Below are positions 53,479 to 63,131 of a stretch of DNA of 64,000 nucleotides, piece after piece. The position numbers and the translations under genes were made by a program. The DNA comes from Candidatus Poseidoniaceae archaeon (GTDB lineage Archaea > Thermoplasmatota > Poseidoniia > Poseidoniales > Poseidoniaceae). The first letter of the stretch is position 1, and every line of letters begins with the position of its first letter. The notes below the pieces were generated by a model. It was not told where the DNA came from and searched no databases. It saw only the letters and a program-made list of their open reading frames with translations. The DNA is taken from positions 110,955 through 174,954 of the forward strand of contig CASIBY010000005.1 of assembly GCA_949373095.1 (NCBI GenBank). The letters run 5' to 3'.

Positions 53479-53544
53479 GTGAACAAATCCACTAAAAAAC
53501 GCAGACTGCGGCGCAGAAAGAACGAAAAAAGAGGCATTCAACCG

Positions 53545-55059
53545 TCAAGCATCATTCCAGAACGCATTTGAGTATCCGCCCTGTTCGTCGCCGTCTTGAC
53601 TGTCCACAGTCGCATCCGCCTCATTATCATCTTCAGGAGGAGATTCTTCACCAGTATTATCAACCATTTCTTCATCGAGAATTCCGATGAGGTAGTTCAA
53701 TAATCTCTGCGCATCTTCCTTAGATGTAAAATCTTTAATTCCACTTGATTCTAAAGCCTCTCCTAAAGTCAAACTATCGGATCGTGATGTGTGATTGTCA
53801 TACCAATTGATGAGATGACGTGCGTCGTTTTCGCTGTCCCATTCAGCCACGGGGAAATCGCTCAATTGTACCTCTTCAGGGGAAGTTTTCACCGAGACCT
53901 TTTGCCTGAGTTTTTTCTCAATCTTCGGCATTTTAACACCCAGGGAATCACAAAATTTCTTCAGTGAAATATCGTAAATGTTAAAGTTTTCACCGTGTTC
54001 TAAAAAGAGGAGCTCAACGGTTCTTCCCCCAGCCGTAATGGCCACCTCAATCCCCTTGTGATACGTTGTCCAAGTATGGACAGGACCATCCTCACCACCA
54101 CCACTGCTATGCTCGACTGATTTTTGATACTGTTTCATTTGAAGTGTTGAGAAATCAACCTCTTTCCATGTCCAACCACTGAGGCGAGTTCCACCAAATG
54201 TTTTGCGAATAGACATGGTTTTATTGGAAGCATTCAACTTGATCACTAGACCTCTTGAATCACCTGCAGCGACAAATAAGCCGCCAAAAACGAGTCCAAA
54301 AAGTACAGGAAATAGGAATTCAAGGAAAAACGGTTCGTAAGGGAGGTACAAGGAGTTGTATTCGAGAGATTTTGTTGTATATATTTCGTATCCGATATCC
54401 CCTAAGTTTTCGTCGGTTACTTGATACAAACGTTCCCCGTCAAACAATGGGCCTTCTGCAGATAGATAGGAGATGTTGTCCGTTGAAGCATCACCACCAT
54501 GACACCAATCGGGCATTGACGACCAATACCCTCGGACAAGAAGGTCGTCACCTGTCCAATTTTGGGGCAAGGATGAATTCCTCTTGTAAAGTTCACATTG
54601 GTAATAGCCTTCACCATCATACTCTTGGAATAAACCGATGGTAAGCAATCCGTCCACTTCCACCCAACGGAATTCTTGTTGTTCAGAAGATCCCTCCTCC
54701 CAAGAGAGTATGTATCTGAAATGCTCATCGGCAATTTCTACAGTACCTATGGAAGTGAGAGCATCCCATTGGTTACCCTCACAGTATATGTCACCGCCAC
54801 CCAATTCAAATTCCATGGAATAGCGGGTGTCACAGACAGAGTCATCCGTCAGATGACTGTACGCATCATACGCTGCGTAAATGAAAGAAGCAGCGATGAC
54901 CCCAATACCAACCAGAAGGAAGGGTATTGAGAACAGAATCGACCCTATGGAGCTGTTTTCATCTCGAACTTTAAGGAATTCACCCTCTTTTTCCATTCCA
55001 AGATGGTCAGGGTCTTTAATCCAAAGAAGGGTCCCCCGAGGGGCACGGAAACGAACCAT
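53545..55059 (-). CDS. Hypothetical membrane protein (504 aa, two TM helices, acidic extracellular domain and tail)
   Basis: Long ORF; TM segments ILFSIPFLLVGIGVIAASFIY and FLFPVLFGLVFGGLFVAA. Confidence 0.6.
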   Translation of the reverse strand: MVRFRAPRGTLLWIKDPDHLGMEKEGEFLKVRDENSSIGSILFSIPFLLVGIGVIAASFIYAAYDAYSHLTDDSVCDTRYSMEFELGGGDIYCEGNQWDALTSIGTVEIADEHFRYILSWEEGSSEQQEFRWVEVDGLLTIGLFQEYDGEGYYQCELYKRNSSLPQNWTGDDLLVRGYWSSMPDWCHGGDASTDNISYLSAEGPLFDGERLYQVTDENLGDIGYEIYTTKSLEYNSLYLPYEPFFLEFLFPVLFGLVFGGLFVAAGDSRGLVIKLNASNKTMSIRKTFGGTRLSGWTWKEVDFSTLQMKQYQKSVEHSSGGGEDGPVHTWTTYHKGIEVAITAGGRTVELLFLEHGENFNIYDISLKKFCDSLGVKMPKIEKKLRQKVSVKTSPEEVQLSDFPVAEWDSENDARHLINWYDNHTSRSDSLTLGEALESSGIKDFTSKEDAQRLLNYLIGILDEEMVDNTGEESPPEDDNEADATVDSQDGDEQGGYSNAFWNDA

Positions 55060-55093
55060 GGTTCATTTATTTTAGATATCCCTTATGAGGGTA

Positions 55094-57031
55094 TCAGTCA
55101 GCACCGAAGAACTGACGAATCATTGGGTGCATTTCCATTGCCTGCTCCTTTTGAATCTGCTCGTAGGTTCTTAGAATGATACCTACGGCCAGTAACAACC
55201 CCGTTCCGGTGGCATTACCAACCGTACCGAGCAAGTCGGCTCCTGCGGCAAGAAGTCCTACAAAGGCCCCAGAAAAGTATGTAACTGGTGGGATATAGTT
55301 CTCAAGAATCTTTTCCAACACCTTAGGGTTCTTTCTGAATCCTGGTATTTGCATTCCTGTTCGCTCGATTTGCTTGGCCACGTCCTTTGTACCCATGTTG
55401 GTAGTGTCAATCCAAAACTTGGCGAACACCATCGAACCAACGGTCATGAGAGCGACATAAAAGACGACGTGGACCAGCATTTGTGTCAACGAATGCCCAA
55501 AGACGTCTCCTTGTTGATTTAGTAGCGGAATCAACCAATCGTTAACACCGTTGACCATACTGGCATACCATGCGAATCCACCGGATGCGGTAGTTTGACC
55601 AGGGTCGTATGTCCCGATGTAAGCTGAGGCTGAAGCCCAACCGTTCTGTCCTAAAATCGGAGTCCTACTAAGCGTTGGGTGGCTCCAGAAGAGAAGTGTG
55701 AACATGTTGATGTTCGCAAGAAGAGCTGCCATCAAAATGACTGGAATGTTAGATGCGTAGACGAGGCGAATCGGATACTTCCCTCGGTGACCACGTACTT
55801 TACCGTGTGTCAACGGCAACTCGAGTTTACTCGATTCGGCAAAGGCCACGACCAAGAACACGATGATCGATGATACGAGAGCTGCAACTGGGTTGACGTG
55901 CGTCAGTAACATGACTTCGAACCCATTCGCCTGAATCATCTCGTAATTTGATGATTCACGGAACATGTAGAAAATCATAGGGAGCGTTCCCGACGGTGGG
56001 TTTTGGATAGAGTAAGGCAGACCCGAGGTGGTTGCAAGAGGTGATAGAGTACCTACGAAGGTTGATTGTGCAACACCAGCAGCAATGAAGAGGGAGATAC
56101 CTGACCCAATTCCCCACTTGCTGACTAATTCATCCAGCAAGAACACCAGGTATGAGCCAGCAAAGAGTTGAGCAACAATTACAAAGTTAGCCCATCCCAA
56201 ACCGTATGCATCGATGAGCCATTCGCTAGGATCAAGGAAACCATAGGTCTGGGGAATCGACTCGATCGGAATCATGATGAGAACGAGCAACTTTTGCACA
56301 CCTTGGTACATTGCCTTGTCATCGGAATTGCTAAGATCGAGTCGGATAATTTTCGCACCCGCAAACAATTGCATGATAATGGAACCCGTAACGATTGGAC
56401 CGATACCCAAGTGCATGATGGTACCAGAAGCACCAGCCATGATAGAACGGAACCCACTGAACAAGTCAAGTGCCTGTCCGGAGAGTCCGAAAAGCATGAC
56501 GTTGGTCATGGCGAAGTAAATGATGAGGACGAAGGTGGTGGTCCACATTTTTTCGTTAAAGCGAACGTGTCGTTCTGGCTTTGTAATCGTTGGATAAACG
56601 TCTACGAAGCGGCGTAGTGCGTAGAGACGGCTGCTGTCATCTCCTTCCCACATGAAACATGTAAGAATGGCCGCTGCTCCAAACCCTAGAAGAATGATAC
56701 CGACCAAAAAGAAACCAACTCCTTCATCGTATCCACCCCATGCCCCAGGGCGCACATAGTAAATGGCGATAGAGGCAAAGGTTAACCATCCTGTTAGTTT
56801 ACCAAAACGGCCGATAAAGGGCATTTCTTTGAAAGAACTTGGAAGATCTCGCTGGAAACAAATCATGCAGTATGCAAGGTAAACTACAGAGAACAACAAT
56901 CCGAAAACCGCTGCATTGTACGGGTCACTGCCGCTAGCCATCTGAAGTTCATCAGACTGCCAGTATACAAGCAGACCGTAATACAATACACCCGTTAGAA
57001 GGATGGCCCATGGAATTGGCTTGTGCTTCAT
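55094..57031 (-). CDS. secY: Preprotein translocase SecY with an N-terminal membrane extension
   Basis: Core motifs LGIGPIVTGSIIMQL, DELVSKWGIGSGISLFIA, YPIRLVYASNIPVIL, IPGFR and GTGLLLAVGI; follows rpl15. Confidence 0.95.
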   Translation of the reverse strand: MKHKPIPWAILLTGVLYYGLLVYWQSDELQMASGSDPYNAAVFGLLFSVVYLAYCMICFQRDLPSSFKEMPFIGRFGKLTGWLTFASIAIYYVRPGAWGGYDEGVGFFLVGIILLGFGAAAILTCFMWEGDDSSRLYALRRFVDVYPTITKPERHVRFNEKMWTTTFVLIIYFAMTNVMLFGLSGQALDLFSGFRSIMAGASGTIMHLGIGPIVTGSIIMQLFAGAKIIRLDLSNSDDKAMYQGVQKLLVLIMIPIESIPQTYGFLDPSEWLIDAYGLGWANFVIVAQLFAGSYLVFLLDELVSKWGIGSGISLFIAAGVAQSTFVGTLSPLATTSGLPYSIQNPPSGTLPMIFYMFRESSNYEMIQANGFEVMLLTHVNPVAALVSSIIVFLVVAFAESSKLELPLTHGKVRGHRGKYPIRLVYASNIPVILMAALLANINMFTLLFWSHPTLSRTPILGQNGWASASAYIGTYDPGQTTASGGFAWYASMVNGVNDWLIPLLNQQGDVFGHSLTQMLVHVVFYVALMTVGSMVFAKFWIDTTNMGTKDVAKQIERTGMQIPGFRKNPKVLEKILENYIPPVTYFSGAFVGLLAAGADLLGTVGNATGTGLLLAVGIILRTYEQIQKEQAMEMHPMIRQFFGAD

Positions 57032-57089
57032 GTTCGTTCCCTACCTGTGTTGTTTTTCTTATGTTGCGGTGCGATTGGATGACAAAGTG

Positions 57090-57518
57090 TCATTCTTCTT
57101 CAAATTCGCCCCAGTCGCCGTCGCCTTGTTCAATAGTTCCGCCTGAGGCTTCTATCTTTTCAATAGCCCTAGCGCTTGCTTCGCCCACGATGACTGTGAG
57201 TTTGGAGCGGATTTGTCCACTACCGAGAAGTTTGTCTATTCCCAACGAAGTGAGATCAATGCTCTTTCCGCCGTTAGCCATCTCTTCGAGTTGACCAACG
57301 TTAACTGTCACATGGACAGTTCGAAGGGTTGGATGACGATTGAATCCGTGCATACCCCAATGGTTGGGCATGTACTTGATTCGGGTCATGACACGATGCT
57401 TGTTAATACCAGCGTTTCCACGGCCACCACGCTTTCCTGCGCCACGACCAGCTTTCTTTCCTCGACCGTGGTAACGGTTTCGTCCACGATGCTTGTTTGC
57501 TTTTGTACCCATCATCAA
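57090..57518 (-). CDS. rpl15: 50S ribosomal protein L15 (uL15)
   Basis: HRG...HGRG...GRGAG.RGGRGNAG, KLLGSG, AIEKIEASGG. Confidence 0.95.
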   Translation of the reverse strand: MMMGTKANKHRGRNRYHGRGKKAGRGAGKRGGRGNAGINKHRVMTRIKYMPNHWGMHGFNRHPTLRTVHVTVNVGQLEEMANGGKSIDLTSLGIDKLLGSGQIRSKLTVIVGEASARAIEKIEASGGTIEQGDGDWGEFEEE

Positions 57519-57523
57519 TCACC

Positions 57524-57994
57524 TCAAATCATTCGCTCTACGAGCGCACCAATTTCTTCGCCGCGGGAGCCTAGAGCGCCTCCAATAACGAAACTTCGCT
57601 TGAGTCCGCCCCAGCCTTTTGTCCCTCGAGGAGGGTGAAGGCGGAAGACACGCTTCAAGTTTGGAACATCTTTGACCTGTGCATCACCAGCGACAATTGC
57701 TGTTGCAAATTCGCTAATGTTCTTGTAATCGGTATGTTCTGCAACAATTTCATCGGTCAATGGGATGTTACCCGCCATTCGACCTCGCTCAGCAAGCATA
57801 CGCTCAACAAGTCCAACATCTGCTTCGCCCCAGGTAATGTAATCCTTGGCCTTTTGCAGCATTCCACGGTATTGTGGGTTGTCTGCAATGATAACAGCGT
57901 GGTTAACACGTGTCAGGTTCATGTGATGCATAGTTTCACGAATGGATCGCTCAACCTTAACATCGCTTCGTGCTCGTACAACAATAAACGTCAT
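57524..57994 (-). CDS. rpl30: 50S ribosomal protein L30 (archaeal uL30)
   Basis: GMLQKAKDYITWGE, FRLHPPRG. Confidence 0.95.
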   Translation of the reverse strand: MTFIVVRARSDVKVERSIRETMHHMNLTRVNHAVIIADNPQYRGMLQKAKDYITWGEADVGLVERMLAERGRMAGNIPLTDEIVAEHTDYKNISEFATAIVAGDAQVKDVPNLKRVFRLHPPRGTKGWGGLKRSFVIGGALGSRGEEIGALVERMI

Positions 57995-58761
57995 TCAAAT
58001 TTCCTCCCAGTATGGATGTGTAGTTTCTCACGCTGTCCATCAAGAACACGGGTTGTGTTGATGTTTTGCAATGCGTTGAAGGTTGCGGCAGCGTAGTTGA
58101 TGGTGGTTCGTGTCTGTCCCTTGGTTCGGGAAAGAACGTCCTTAACTCCTGCAAGTTCAAGAACACGCTTACCGGTTTCGCCGATAACAAGTCCCTTACC
58201 CTTAGCAGCAGGCATGAGCGTAACACGAGTAGATGCAGCTCGGCCGTTCACCTTGAACGGAACGGTACTGCCTGGACCAGGTGACGATTCCCATGAACCG
58301 TTTCCACGTTGAACGGGGATTAGGTTGAGTTTTGCAGCCGTAATGGCCTTGCTGATTGCGGTAGCGACTTCCTTAGCCTTGGCCATGCCGAGACCGACGT
58401 ATCCATCGCGGTTTCCGACGCAAGCCATCACGTTGAAGCGGACACGACGACCACTGTCGGTCATGCGTTGTACCATGTTTACGGAGATAACTTCATCTTC
58501 GAGGTCAGGGATAAGTGCGTCAACAATTTGAACTTCACGGATAGGTAGCCCTGAAGCCAATGCAGCTTCGTAAGAAATAATCTTTCCAGCCATGACTGCA
58601 GCGCCGAGGCGAGTACGAGGCTCCCACTTTCGCAAAGCAGCGATCGGGTCGTACTGGTTCTTTCGTCGGCGACGGTCAGGTGTTTCTTCAGGTGCTTCCT
58701 CAGTGTATGCTTGCATCAAACCTGGTGCCATGGTAGGAATTGTTTGTTCTTCTTCAGTCAT
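57991..58761 (-). CDS. rps5: 30S ribosomal protein S5 (uS5)
   Basis: WEPRTRLG, MVQRMTDSGRR, RGNGSWE, GQTRTTIN. Confidence 0.96.
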   Translation of the reverse strand: MTEEEQTIPTMAPGLMQAYTEEAPEETPDRRRRKNQYDPIAALRKWEPRTRLGAAVMAGKIISYEAALASGLPIREVQIVDALIPDLEDEVISVNMVQRMTDSGRRVRFNVMACVGNRDGYVGLGMAKAKEVATAISKAITAAKLNLIPVQRGNGSWESSPGPGSTVPFKVNGRAASTRVTLMPAAKGKGLVIGETGKRVLELAGVKDVLSRTKGQTRTTINYAAATFNALQNINTTRVLDGQREKLHIHTGRKFE

Positions 58762-59273
58762 CAGTATGCCCCCTCAATGGATTTCTTTGTGTCGTCAATA
58801 GCTTTGGTCATCTTATCGTTGATGTGGGCGCCGGTGAGGCGGCCTTCGTCAGGGAAGACTTCATCGCTGTGAGGAATGTCAAGACCTGCGTCAACCATTC
58901 CCTTGAGTGCAGCGTAAACACGGCCACCACGGGTACTAGCAGACAGTCCAATGTCCAGAACTGCTTCGGAGGATCCCGAAGCCATTGCGGCTTTGCCCAT
59001 TGCGAATCCTACCAAGTAAGATGCTGGGACGGATTTCAATGAGTGGTCGTTGGGCCATCCGTGTTTCTTGACAAGGTCTGAGCCTGTCATTGAAATGGTC
59101 ACAAGGTCACCATCGGCAGCCCATGTGACGAGCTGGCAGGTCGTACGGGTGTTGGACACACGAACAACTGCACGTGGCTTTTGTCCACGAAGCAACTTCA
59201 ATCGACGACGGTAGTCGGTGAGACCAGCCTTACGTCGGCGGAAGATAGAGCGGCGGTTGTTTCCTGCCATCAC
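58761..59273 (-). CDS. rpl18: 50S ribosomal protein L18 (uL18)
   Basis: FRRRK.GLTDYRRRLKLL, PASYL.G, LDIGL, KGMVDAGLDIPH. Confidence 0.95.
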   Translation of the reverse strand: MMAGNNRRSIFRRRKAGLTDYRRRLKLLRGQKPRAVVRVSNTRTTCQLVTWAADGDLVTISMTGSDLVKKHGWPNDHSLKSVPASYLVGFAMGKAAMASGSSEAVLDIGLSASTRGGRVYAALKGMVDAGLDIPHSDEVFPDEGRLTGAHINDKMTKAIDDTKKSIEGAY

Positions 59274-59734
59274 TCGTCACCTCCAGGTAAGCTAACACCT
59301 TCAAGCGTCATCTGAGAACGCATGTGGGCAATAGAACGGTAGGAACCGCCTTTGGCCTTGAGGTAGTATCGGCGATATTGGGAAGGTGCAATGGTTTCAT
59401 CGTCACGCAGTTCCTTGAGAGTACGGCGTTGGCTGCGAATGGTGCGCATCCATCGGTTCTTACGAGGATTTCGAGCGTTCGCTGACCCTGCACGAGTTCC
59501 TTGTCCCTTACGGCGACCCTTTCGCTTTTGAGCGAGTCTGGCACGAGCACGGACACGGGAAGTTCCCTTCACTGGCTTGGCCTTAATCCAGCCTTCTTCA
59601 ATGAATTCACGGATATCGTCGGTTTGAACCGCAGATGCCACTTGGTCCACAAAGGACGGGTGGATCCATACACGGTTTACTCCGCATTTGAGCAATCGAG
59701 CAGCGAGGCGCTTTTGGTTGGTGATTTGCATCAA
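59270..59734 (-). CDS. rpl19e: 50S ribosomal protein L19e
   Basis: QKRLAARLLKCG.NRVWI, KGRRKGQG.R.G...AR, YLKAKGG. Confidence 0.96.
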   Translation of the reverse strand: MMQITNQKRLAARLLKCGVNRVWIHPSFVDQVASAVQTDDIREFIEEGWIKAKPVKGTSRVRARARLAQKRKGRRKGQGTRAGSANARNPRKNRWMRTIRSQRRTLKELRDDETIAPSQYRRYYLKAKGGSYRSIAHMRSQMTLEGVSLPGGDE

Positions 59735-60369
59735 ACATCCCTCCTTCGGTTCAAAACACGAATACCAAGTTCATCGGCTCGTGAGTAGATGTGTTCTCGC
59801 TTTCGTCCACCCACGGTGCTGCCAACACGGGCTGCTTGGGTTTCAGGATCGACCGTTTCAAGGTCTGAGATATTGTGGACCATGATTTCACGGAATCCAG
59901 ACGGGTGTAGGAAACGTGCTTCGGCTACTTTTCCGTGCCCGATGCGAACAAGGGAACCACGGTACTTGTAATTGCGGCGTTGCTTGTTGTCCATTCCGTG
60001 AGGAGCTCGCCATCCAGAGCGAGACAGTCGCTTGTAGCGGAACCATTCAGTTCTACGGAACGATGGTGTCTTCTTCTTTTGTGCTGCACGAAGTGCGAGA
60101 GCGGCTTTCATGGTTTCATCCAAAACAGGCTTCTGCTTGACGACATAGACTTGTTCAGTCTCTTCATCCCAGTCTTCATCATCCCATCCGTCTTCGGAAG
60201 GTGTTTCTGCTGGTGCTTCTGCGGTTGTTTCATCAGCAGCGTCTGCTCCACCGTTGGCATCCACCAAACGGGCAATCAGTTCGCTTTTCTTACCCGAAAC
60301 CGGAAGTTCTTGCTCTTTGAGCACTTCCTTCAGTTGGGCAACGGTCATTGATTCATAATCTTCTGCCAT
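59731..60369 (-). CDS. rpl32e: 50S ribosomal protein L32e with an N-terminal SAP domain
   Basis: C-half P.FRR.EW.RY.RL...WRAPHG.DNK...HPSG..E. N-terminus MTVAQLKEVLKEQELPVSGKKSELIARL. Start ATG 60369. Confidence 0.93.
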   Translation of the reverse strand: MAEDYESMTVAQLKEVLKEQELPVSGKKSELIARLVDANGGADAADETTAEAPAETPSEDGWDDEDWDEETEQVYVVKQKPVLDETMKAALALRAAQKKKTPSFRRTEWFRYKRLSRSGWRAPHGMDNKQRRNYKYRGSLVRIGHGKVAEARFLHPSGFREIMVHNISDLETVDPETQAARVGSTVGGRKREHIYSRADELGIRVLNRRRDV

Positions 60370-60374
60370 CTCAA

Positions 60375-60917
60375 TCACTCCTTGTTTAGTAGGTAAATAC
60401 CATCTTGGAAGACACGTCGGTCTCGGTTCTTGATGGTCGTGCATCGTTCAATGTTTGCTGCGGTTTGACCAACAGCTTCCTTGTCGATGCCCGACACTGT
60501 AATTTCTATTTTGTTAGATACCTTAACGTTCACGCCGTCAAGGATTTTTGCTGCCCGTGGGACACGCTCTCCGAAGTAATTGTTGACATTGAATATGTCT
60601 CCGTTCACGGCTAGGGTCATGGGAAAGTGGGAGTAGAAGGCTTTCAGGTTGTAAGTGAATCCGTCTGATACTCCTTTGACCATGTTGGAAATATGAGCAT
60701 TCCAAGTTCCTGCAAGTGCACGTTGTTTGCGGCGTGGAACATCCACACGCACGGTGATCCCTGTATCGTCCTGGAACATTTCAATGAATGTGCTGACGAA
60801 AGTTCGGGAAAGGCTTCCTTTGGGACCGGTTACGGTCACGACGCCATCTTCACTGATTCCGGCACTAACGCCTTCAGGGATGGTTACGATGTGTTCGATT
60901 CTGTCGAGTTTTACCAT
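60375..60917 (-). CDS. rpl6: 50S ribosomal protein L6 (uL6)
   Basis: GPKGSL.R, YSHFPM, GQTAANIE, DRRVFQDGIY. Confidence 0.96.
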   Translation of the reverse strand: MVKLDRIEHIVTIPEGVSAGISEDGVVTVTGPKGSLSRTFVSTFIEMFQDDTGITVRVDVPRRKQRALAGTWNAHISNMVKGVSDGFTYNLKAFYSHFPMTLAVNGDIFNVNNYFGERVPRAAKILDGVNVKVSNKIEITVSGIDKEAVGQTAANIERCTTIKNRDRRVFQDGIYLLNKE

Positions 60918-60928
60918 ATTTCTTCACC

Positions 60929-61318
60929 TCAGTATACATAGGCCAACAATTTGCCGCCTATTCGAGCGTCCTTAGCATCGTAGTGATGCATCACGCCGGA
61001 GTTGGTCGTCATGATGAGTAGACCGAAGTCTCGAGCAGGAAGGTATCGGGTCTCCCACTTCTCATATTCTTGACGACGAACACTGTGGCGAGGCTTTACC
61101 GTACCACAGCGGTTGATTGTTCCACGTAGTTCAACAACAAAGGCATCGCCTCGGCCGTTTTCAACTCGGGTAATTTCGCCAACATAGCCTTTGGATTGCA
61201 TGATGTTCAGCACGTTTCCAAGAAGATTGGAAGCGGGCGAGAGTTCGACATCGAACTTTCCAGCTTGTTCAGCGTTGTAGATCTTGACAAGAGCGTCATT
61301 TAATGGGTCAAATTGCAT
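60929..61318 (-). CDS. rps8: 30S ribosomal protein S8 (uS8)
   Basis: DPLNDAL, G.INRCG.VKPR, YLPARDFG, IGGKLLAYVY. Confidence 0.96.
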   Translation of the reverse strand: MQFDPLNDALVKIYNAEQAGKFDVELSPASNLLGNVLNIMQSKGYVGEITRVENGRGDAFVVELRGTINRCGTVKPRHSVRRQEYEKWETRYLPARDFGLLIMTTNSGVMHHYDAKDARIGGKLLAYVY

Positions 61319-61331
61319 ACTTTTCGCCTCC

Positions 61332-61484
61332 TCAATTCATCTTTTTAAAACCGATTTCCGGTGCTACGTCTCTGAAGCATTGGCGGCACAGTCGTAGACC
61401 GTGTCGACGGATCATACCTCGCTTGCGGTTGCAGCGTCGGCATCCTTGGGTTCTTCCAATTCTAATTCCGTGATCTCGTGCCAT
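61332..61484 (-). CDS. rps14: 30S ribosomal protein S14 (Zn-binding uS14)
   Basis: CRRC...LCRQCFR..A..IGFKK; start ATG 61484. Confidence 0.93.
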   Translation of the reverse strand: MARDHGIRIGRTQGCRRCNRKRGMIRRHGLRLCRQCFRDVAPEIGFKKMN

Positions 61485-61486
61485 TC

Positions 61487-62014
61487 TTACTCCTCCAGGA
61501 TACTGATATTGTATTGTTCTACGAACCACTGACGTGATTCGTCGGGTGTGACTCTGTGATGGTCTCCGACCTTACTCTTGGCTCGGCGACGGCGACTGAC
61601 TCGGTGGCCAGGGCGCTCAACAACAACGGTAATGTCCATCCCGTAGATTCCGATTTCTGGGTCGTACTTCTGCCCGGGGAAATCCGTGTAATCTCGGACC
61701 CCAAAGGAAAGGTTTCCTTGATTATCAAAGTTCCAAGAAGGAATAGTGTTGTCTCGACAGTTGAAGGCATCGGTTAGGAATTTGTTGATGACTTCCCTCT
61801 TCCGCATGGTAGCCTTGCATCCGATGGGCATGCCCAAACGGACCTTGAGGTCACGGTTTTGGATACGTCCAAGAGTACGCTGAGGCTTGACACCGGTTAC
61901 CAACTGCAGAACATTTTCAGCATTGAGAAGGCGTTCTCCACCTTCTCCGACACCGATGTTCACGCAGACCTTTGACACACGTAGTTGGGCCATGGGGTTC
62001 ACAGTCTCACTCAT
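61487..62014 (-). CDS. rpl5: 50S ribosomal protein L5 (uL5)
   Basis: NPM...[30 protein letters not shown]. Confidence 0.96.
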   Translation of the reverse strand: MSETVNPMAQLRVSKVCVNIGVGEGGERLLNAENVLQLVTGVKPQRTLGRIQNRDLKVRLGMPIGCKATMRKREVINKFLTDAFNCRDNTIPSWNFDNQGNLSFGVRDYTDFPGQKYDPEIGIYGMDITVVVERPGHRVSRRRRAKSKVGDHHRVTPDESRQWFVEQYNISILEE

Positions 62015-62709
62015 TCAACCACCTCCGTGAGGGGCATCTTTGCGTCACCAATAGCGAACACGTTACGAGTAACGGTACCAAAGGATTCGAATTGTACTTC
62101 GTTAGGCATACTTGAGCGCTTGACAATGTATTCCTTGACAGCTGCAGTTTCGCCAACGTGGCCTCCACCGATGAGGTAGCATCGTGTTCCTTCTCCGAAT
62201 CGGATGTGGTCAACAATGGTTTGCTCTGGAAGGCCAAGTTTGAGTGAATCTCCAGTGTTGTATTGGCTAGGGTCATCAACAATGAGGTTTCGTCCGTCGT
62301 GAAGGTTAAGTTGTGTTTGACCGCCCTTGATGGTAGTTTTACCTTCAATTCGGCAAATCTTCCAAGCAGCTTCTTTAGCGGAAATAGTTCGGTATCGCAA
62401 GCGACCGTTATGGTCCAAGACGCATCGGTAATGCTCGTCGCCGAGGGACAATACGTCCATCAAACCGACGCCACGACGGGTGTCTTTCACAACACGTCCG
62501 TCGATCTTAGCAAGTTCGTTGTGAAGAATGAATCGGACTTCACGGCTAGTCTTAGCGAGTCCTAGTACGTCACGAATGACCAAGGAAACTGGCATGCAAT
62601 GTTCAAGCGAATGTGCGCCTGGCATAGGTCGGGTCACCCAAACGGATGTTTTACGGGGCAATGGCCAGCTACGGGGCATGGCCAAGCGCTTCAAATGATG
62701 GCTACTCAT
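62011..62709 (-). CDS. rps4e: 30S ribosomal protein S4e
   Basis: HLKRLAMP.SW...RK, PGAH, GLMDV, QLNLHDGRN, GGGHVG. Confidence 0.96.
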   Translation of the reverse strand: MSSHHLKRLAMPRSWPLPRKTSVWVTRPMPGAHSLEHCMPVSLVIRDVLGLAKTSREVRFILHNELAKIDGRVVKDTRRGVGLMDVLSLGDEHYRCVLDHNGRLRYRTISAKEAAWKICRIEGKTTIKGGQTQLNLHDGRNLIVDDPSQYNTGDSLKLGLPEQTIVDHIRFGEGTRCYLIGGGHVGETAAVKEYIVKRSSMPNEVQFESFGTVTRNVFAIGDAKMPLTEVVE

Positions 62710-62714
62710 ATTGT

Positions 62715-63122
62715 TCAACTCCTGTTACCAGTCAATTTTGCGATTCGCATGCGGTCGGATTCATCAAGTTGAACCACTACCACGTTCGAGGCGTGAACTG
62801 GTACCGCCTCTTCTTTGTTGTCGGCCTTACTGGCCTTGACTCCTTCAATGTACAAGCGACCTTTCTCCGAGTCAATTCGAAGAACGGCTCCGGTGAGGGG
62901 ATCGGTGTTGCGCTTTCCACCGTGACGCTTTCCACCATGGGCGCGATCGCCACGAGTGGTTTGGACAATATCTCCTACACGGACAGTAACGGTGCGAACA
63001 CCGGCAAATCGTGCATCTGGCTTAGCAAGTTGCAGACGAGCAGCAACTCGCTTACGCTTTTCGTGCTTTGGCGCGTTGTAGTGCGCCTTTCGTTGTTTTC
63101 CTGGTTTCATACTCTTGACCAT
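62715..63122 (-). CDS. rpl24: 50S ribosomal protein L24 (uL24)
   Basis: S.KPGKQRK..YNAP.H, VRVGD, PVHASNV. Confidence 0.94.
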   Translation of the reverse strand: MVKSMKPGKQRKAHYNAPKHEKRKRVAARLQLAKPDARFAGVRTVTVRVGDIVQTTRGDRAHGGKRHGGKRNTDPLTGAVLRIDSEKGRLYIEGVKASKADNKEEAVPVHASNVVVVQLDESDRMRIAKLTGNRS

Positions 63123-63131
63123 GTTCATCCC

